Assembly (NCBI RefSeq): GCF_008831285.2
Contig: NC_045138.2
Coordinates: 7,564,001-7,628,000, forward strand
From: Nymphaea colorata
Lineage: Eukaryota
Direction: 5' to 3'
DNA length: 64,000 bases
In this document: positions 60,111 through 64,000 of the stretch, one piece after another
Layout: each line of letters begins with the position of its first letter
How positions within the stretch are numbered: the first letter of the stretch is position 1
The notes under the pieces: model-generated
Database searches by the model: none
What the model was told of the DNA's origin: nothing
What the model saw: only the letters and a program-made list of their open reading frames with translations
Made by a program: the position numbers and the translations under genes

Positions 60111-62769
60111 TCGGAGTCAGATTTAAATAAATATCTGATCAGATAATAAACACCTTAACAAGTATATCTGAATCCGAACTGTAACTTGATATCCGAAGCC
60201 AAGCCATGAGCTGATATCCGAATCAAAACTATATCTTGACATCAGAATCTGAACCATGAGCTGATATCTGAATCGAATATCCGAATGCAAACCGTGAGAT
60301 TTGATATCCATGAGTTGGTTGAAATTGCAACCTACCACAATGGTAAGATGTTTTGGGCAAAAGGTCTAGCCAAACGCACCAACTTAACATCATGGTATGA
60401 TAACAACATAAATTTTATATGAAAAAAAGCCTGACTAGTCTAGTTGCTAATGACTTCCATAGAGTTACGAATAAGAATGGCCATAGAGTTGCCATATACA
60501 CCATTTGACTTTAAATATTTACTGTTACATCCTACAAAAAAGTTTATTGACTACAATATAGTCCAATATGATCATTCATGTTGGTGAGAAAGCAACATTA
60601 GACAAAGTGAAAGTCAATTTGATTATGCTGCAATGAGAATTGTTAGACAAGTTCTGAACAGATCTAGTTTGCAGTGTAACAAACCATTTTTTGGTCTGCT
60701 ATCGCTAATGTCCTGCAAGAGGCAATGGCGCTTGTAAGGGTTTCTGAGACAGGAACATCTGAGGCTTTACAGAAGATTGTGAAATTTAATAGAGGCTGAC
60801 CAGACCTGTTACATACTTCCCATCTGAAATGCAATGAAATGGAAAGGGCTGGAACTGGGTTCCATTCAGAGTTTTTTATTGTCTTTCATATCCATTTGCT
60901 ATTCCGTTTCTGTTTATGAGGTATAATTGTAGTTACAATACTGAAAAGAATTGTTGGATTTGGGCAGTTCTATGTCATTGGGACCTTACTTATTGCCATG
61001 ATACTACAATGGCAGTGTTTTGGCTGTCCTAATCTCTTGGATGGATAGATTTTGCTTGTTTTAGAGAGTGTGGCTCGCTCCTTAGGACCCTGTGAACTGG
61101 TCCTTAGCACACTGGACTATTAGTATCAGGTTTTTCTTTTACCTTCTTGGCTTTCCAATGTGCTTTTACGCTATCATGGTCACCTGATGCTTACTAGGGA
61201 ATATCTTGTGTCACATGCGTATGCCTGTTTGGGTACTAACTTGTGTATATGCTATGGGGGATTGGCTGGGGGTGCTGCTTTGGTGAAGCAAACTTCATAA
61301 GAAGAACAGAAGAAGAAGAGCGCCTGGCTGCTGCAGGAGGAGTGGCTACAAAGTTCATGGGTAGAGGCAGAAAAAAAGAAAATGCATTGGGGTTTCATGA
61401 GTTGGACCTTTTCTTTTGTACTTTTCTTTCATTACAATTTCCAAAGGGTCTCAGTTTTCAATTCATGAAAAGTTATTTCTTTTACATTTTCGCATTTAAA
61501 GTTCTCCTTTATTACACTTTACTAGAGACGCTAAGGCTTATTTTACAATTTACAAAAAGTTTCTTTTAACTCGATGCACCCCATATCTATTCCCTGTTCA
61601 CTTTATATTGAGGTGCAACATCAGATTCCAGAGTGTAAGACGTTTTCTCCTTTGAATGTTCCAACTGGAGACAATTATGAGGAAATCTTCTCTTTATTTG
61701 CACACATGCATATCGAGGGCCGGAGCCAAGGGAGGCCCGCATGGGCCATGGCCCAACCTCAAAAAGATTTTTTTTTTTTAAATTTACATGTAAATTTTAA
61801 GAAATTTCACTTGTCATATATAAAATTTTTGAAAAATGATATTTTTGCCCCTATCAAAATTTAGAAACTTTAATTCGGCCCCCCTCAAGAAAAATTTCTA
61901 GCTCTGCCCCTATGCATATCCATATGTATAATTTGTGTCTGTGCATGTGTCCTCTAAAATTTTGTTCGCCTTTTCCATTGTGATCTGGATGTTAAAAATT
62001 ATACGTCTTAAATGGTCTGTAAAACTGATTTTTCAGGGTGGAAAGCTCCCTACCCCAGAGCCTTGTGAAGAAGTTTTCTCTTTTATTGTAGTCAGCAATA
62101 AAGGCATGGCAGAACACTGCAAAAGTGGATGCAAGGGTCAACTTCTTGTTTGATAAGCAAAAATCACCGCCCGAGAAGCATGCACCAGTTGTGAATGTTG
62201 ACAAGGTATGCATACCTTTCTGGTTACCTTTCTTTTTTATTCCCATATATATGGAATTCTACTGGTATATTTGACAGTAGTTGGAGATTATGCTTGGCTT
62301 TGAAAAGCAGTTGGACTGATCCTTCTTTTTTTCTCCCGATATCATGTGTCACAGCCTGTGCAAACCTGTTCACTGATTCTCCTTAAAGTGTATGGACATG
62401 CAGCTATTTGGTTTAACAAGCATAATGCCTAATGGGCATAAAATATGTGTTTTCATTTATTTATTATATTTGGCTAATATTCAAATTATGAATGTAGATA
62501 CATATAAAAAACTTAGCTAATTAATCAAATTACATTTCGAATTAGATTGTATTTAAAAGTTAGATTTGGACCAGATTTGCATATGGCTTAAAAGTCATAA
62601 ATCGGATTCGGATGGATTCGAATGTAGATTTTAAAATCAGATACAAATATGGTACAATATTTTTTTATCTGAATTCAAATCCAAGTCCGAATCCGAATAT
62701 ATGAATATTCAAAAAATTAGATATGGTAAAAGGTATATCTGATCTGAATCTGATCCGTTGACATTCCTA
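60021..62769. mobile_element. Non-autonomous hAT-type element, 2749 bp
   Basis: TIR TAGGGATGTCAACGGATC / GATCCGTTGACATTCCTA (17/18 match); 8-bp TSD CCCTTGTG/CCCTTATG (7/8); ATCCGAAT-type subterminal repeats at both ends. Confidence 0.85.
61715..61912. mobile_element. hAT-type MITE nested in the 2.75-kb element
   Basis: GAGGGCCGGAGC...GCTCTGCCCCTA with a perfect 8-bp TSD TGCATATC. Confidence 0.85.
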
Positions 62770-64000
62770 CCCTTATGGGCACTTGCGAACTTCTTCCAAC
62801 ATCAGTTCGATTGTTACAGATTGGTCTTTCTATTTATTTCTGAAAGATTTGCAAATGGGGGATGAAACAAAAGATCCCAATAACCTTCCCTCCACCATCT
62901 GGCTATGTTCAATCGAACAGCTTTGAGGCCACTTGTGAGATATGTGGATAGCATAAACGTGAAATCTCACGTTCTCTCTCTCTTTCTTTATATATATATA
63001 AACAGGGAGAAAAAGGTGCACTCAGTATTGTACTCCAATACTGAATGTTGAAAATATCCATCATATTTTTCTCTTAATTGTCCATCATATTAGATTGAAA
63101 AATACTGATTAGATGGCTGAGTGACTCAAAAAAACCAAAATCACCATTCAGTGTATATATATATTCCTATGACCCTTTGCCTCTTGTTGAAAGATAAATG
63201 ATCTCTAGGATAATAATTTAGGGTATACTCCAATTTGTTTATTTTTGCTCAATCGTTATATGTAAGACATACATTTACGATTGTTAATTAATTTAGTCAT
63301 TGACCTTAGCCATAGTGAACCCAGATGCATGAATTTTCGTGCTCTAGTATGGCTAATAACTAAAAGACCCTTAGTTTACCCTTAAAAAAACTTTTTGTAA
63401 AATGACAAAAAAAAATGAAAAAATAAAGACTAGAAGATATTTTTAATAAATTACCAAAATATCCTTCCCTCTTTCACTGTTCTGTGTGCACAGTATACAC
63501 AACTTTCTCTCATCAAAAAGTACCGACATTAACGGATGACAGTAAAAAAGATGGAGCATTTTGGCCATTTTGCAGGCATGCTCTCCTGCTCTCTCGGTTA
63601 CTTCCGAACCCTCGACAAAAGTAGTTCTTTGTCTTTGTTCTATGTTCCAGCTGTAAATTCATTTGTTTTTTGAGCTGATCAATAAAAATAGGAGGCTAGT
63701 TTCGGTTTTAAGCTCATGAAGGGTCAACTTCCTATGCTACAAAAGAGGCACATCAATATACAAGTTGGAGCACCAAGAGACACCACCCTAAAGCACTCAA
63801 AATGAACATATGATATTATGGGGAGATGAAGAGAAGGGTGGGGACTTTGGTTCTCTTGGACAGCATATTGAAATACTCCTCTTACTCACCCTAAAAAAGA
63901 AGGAGGCACAACCTTCAGCAATTAGTTGGTTTTAGAATACTTCCAATGCATGGTGGAGTTTGTTTATGAATTAAGGATCTAACACTTGAAGGATCTAACA

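Overview
Flowering-plant nuclear DNA (AT-rich, spliceosomal introns, many TE relics); the species cannot be determined from the sequence. Main contents: (1) a complete 8-exon tyrosine-specific protein phosphatase gene (PTP1-like, 337 aa, minus strand, 4672-14538). (2) A ~15.2-kb tandem duplication (about 21140-36374 and 36375-51780), each unit carrying an intronless dirigent gene with identical protein sequence plus LINE, Copia, hAT and Harbinger debris; it is preceded by a deleted relic third unit (18126-21200) that lacks the dirigent gene. (3) A frameshifted secreted cystatin-like gene with a full-length but decayed Ty1/Copia element inserted 160 bp upstream of its ATG. (4) A 2.75-kb non-autonomous hAT-type element whose left end plus about 90 bp of host flank is tandemly repeated five times. 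I found no convincing evidence of a new multi-gene biological system. The most interesting signals are structural: the gain/loss history of the dirigent array, the TE-end satellite, and an in-frame LINE-RT/Copia-RNaseH chimera. All comparisons were made by eye.
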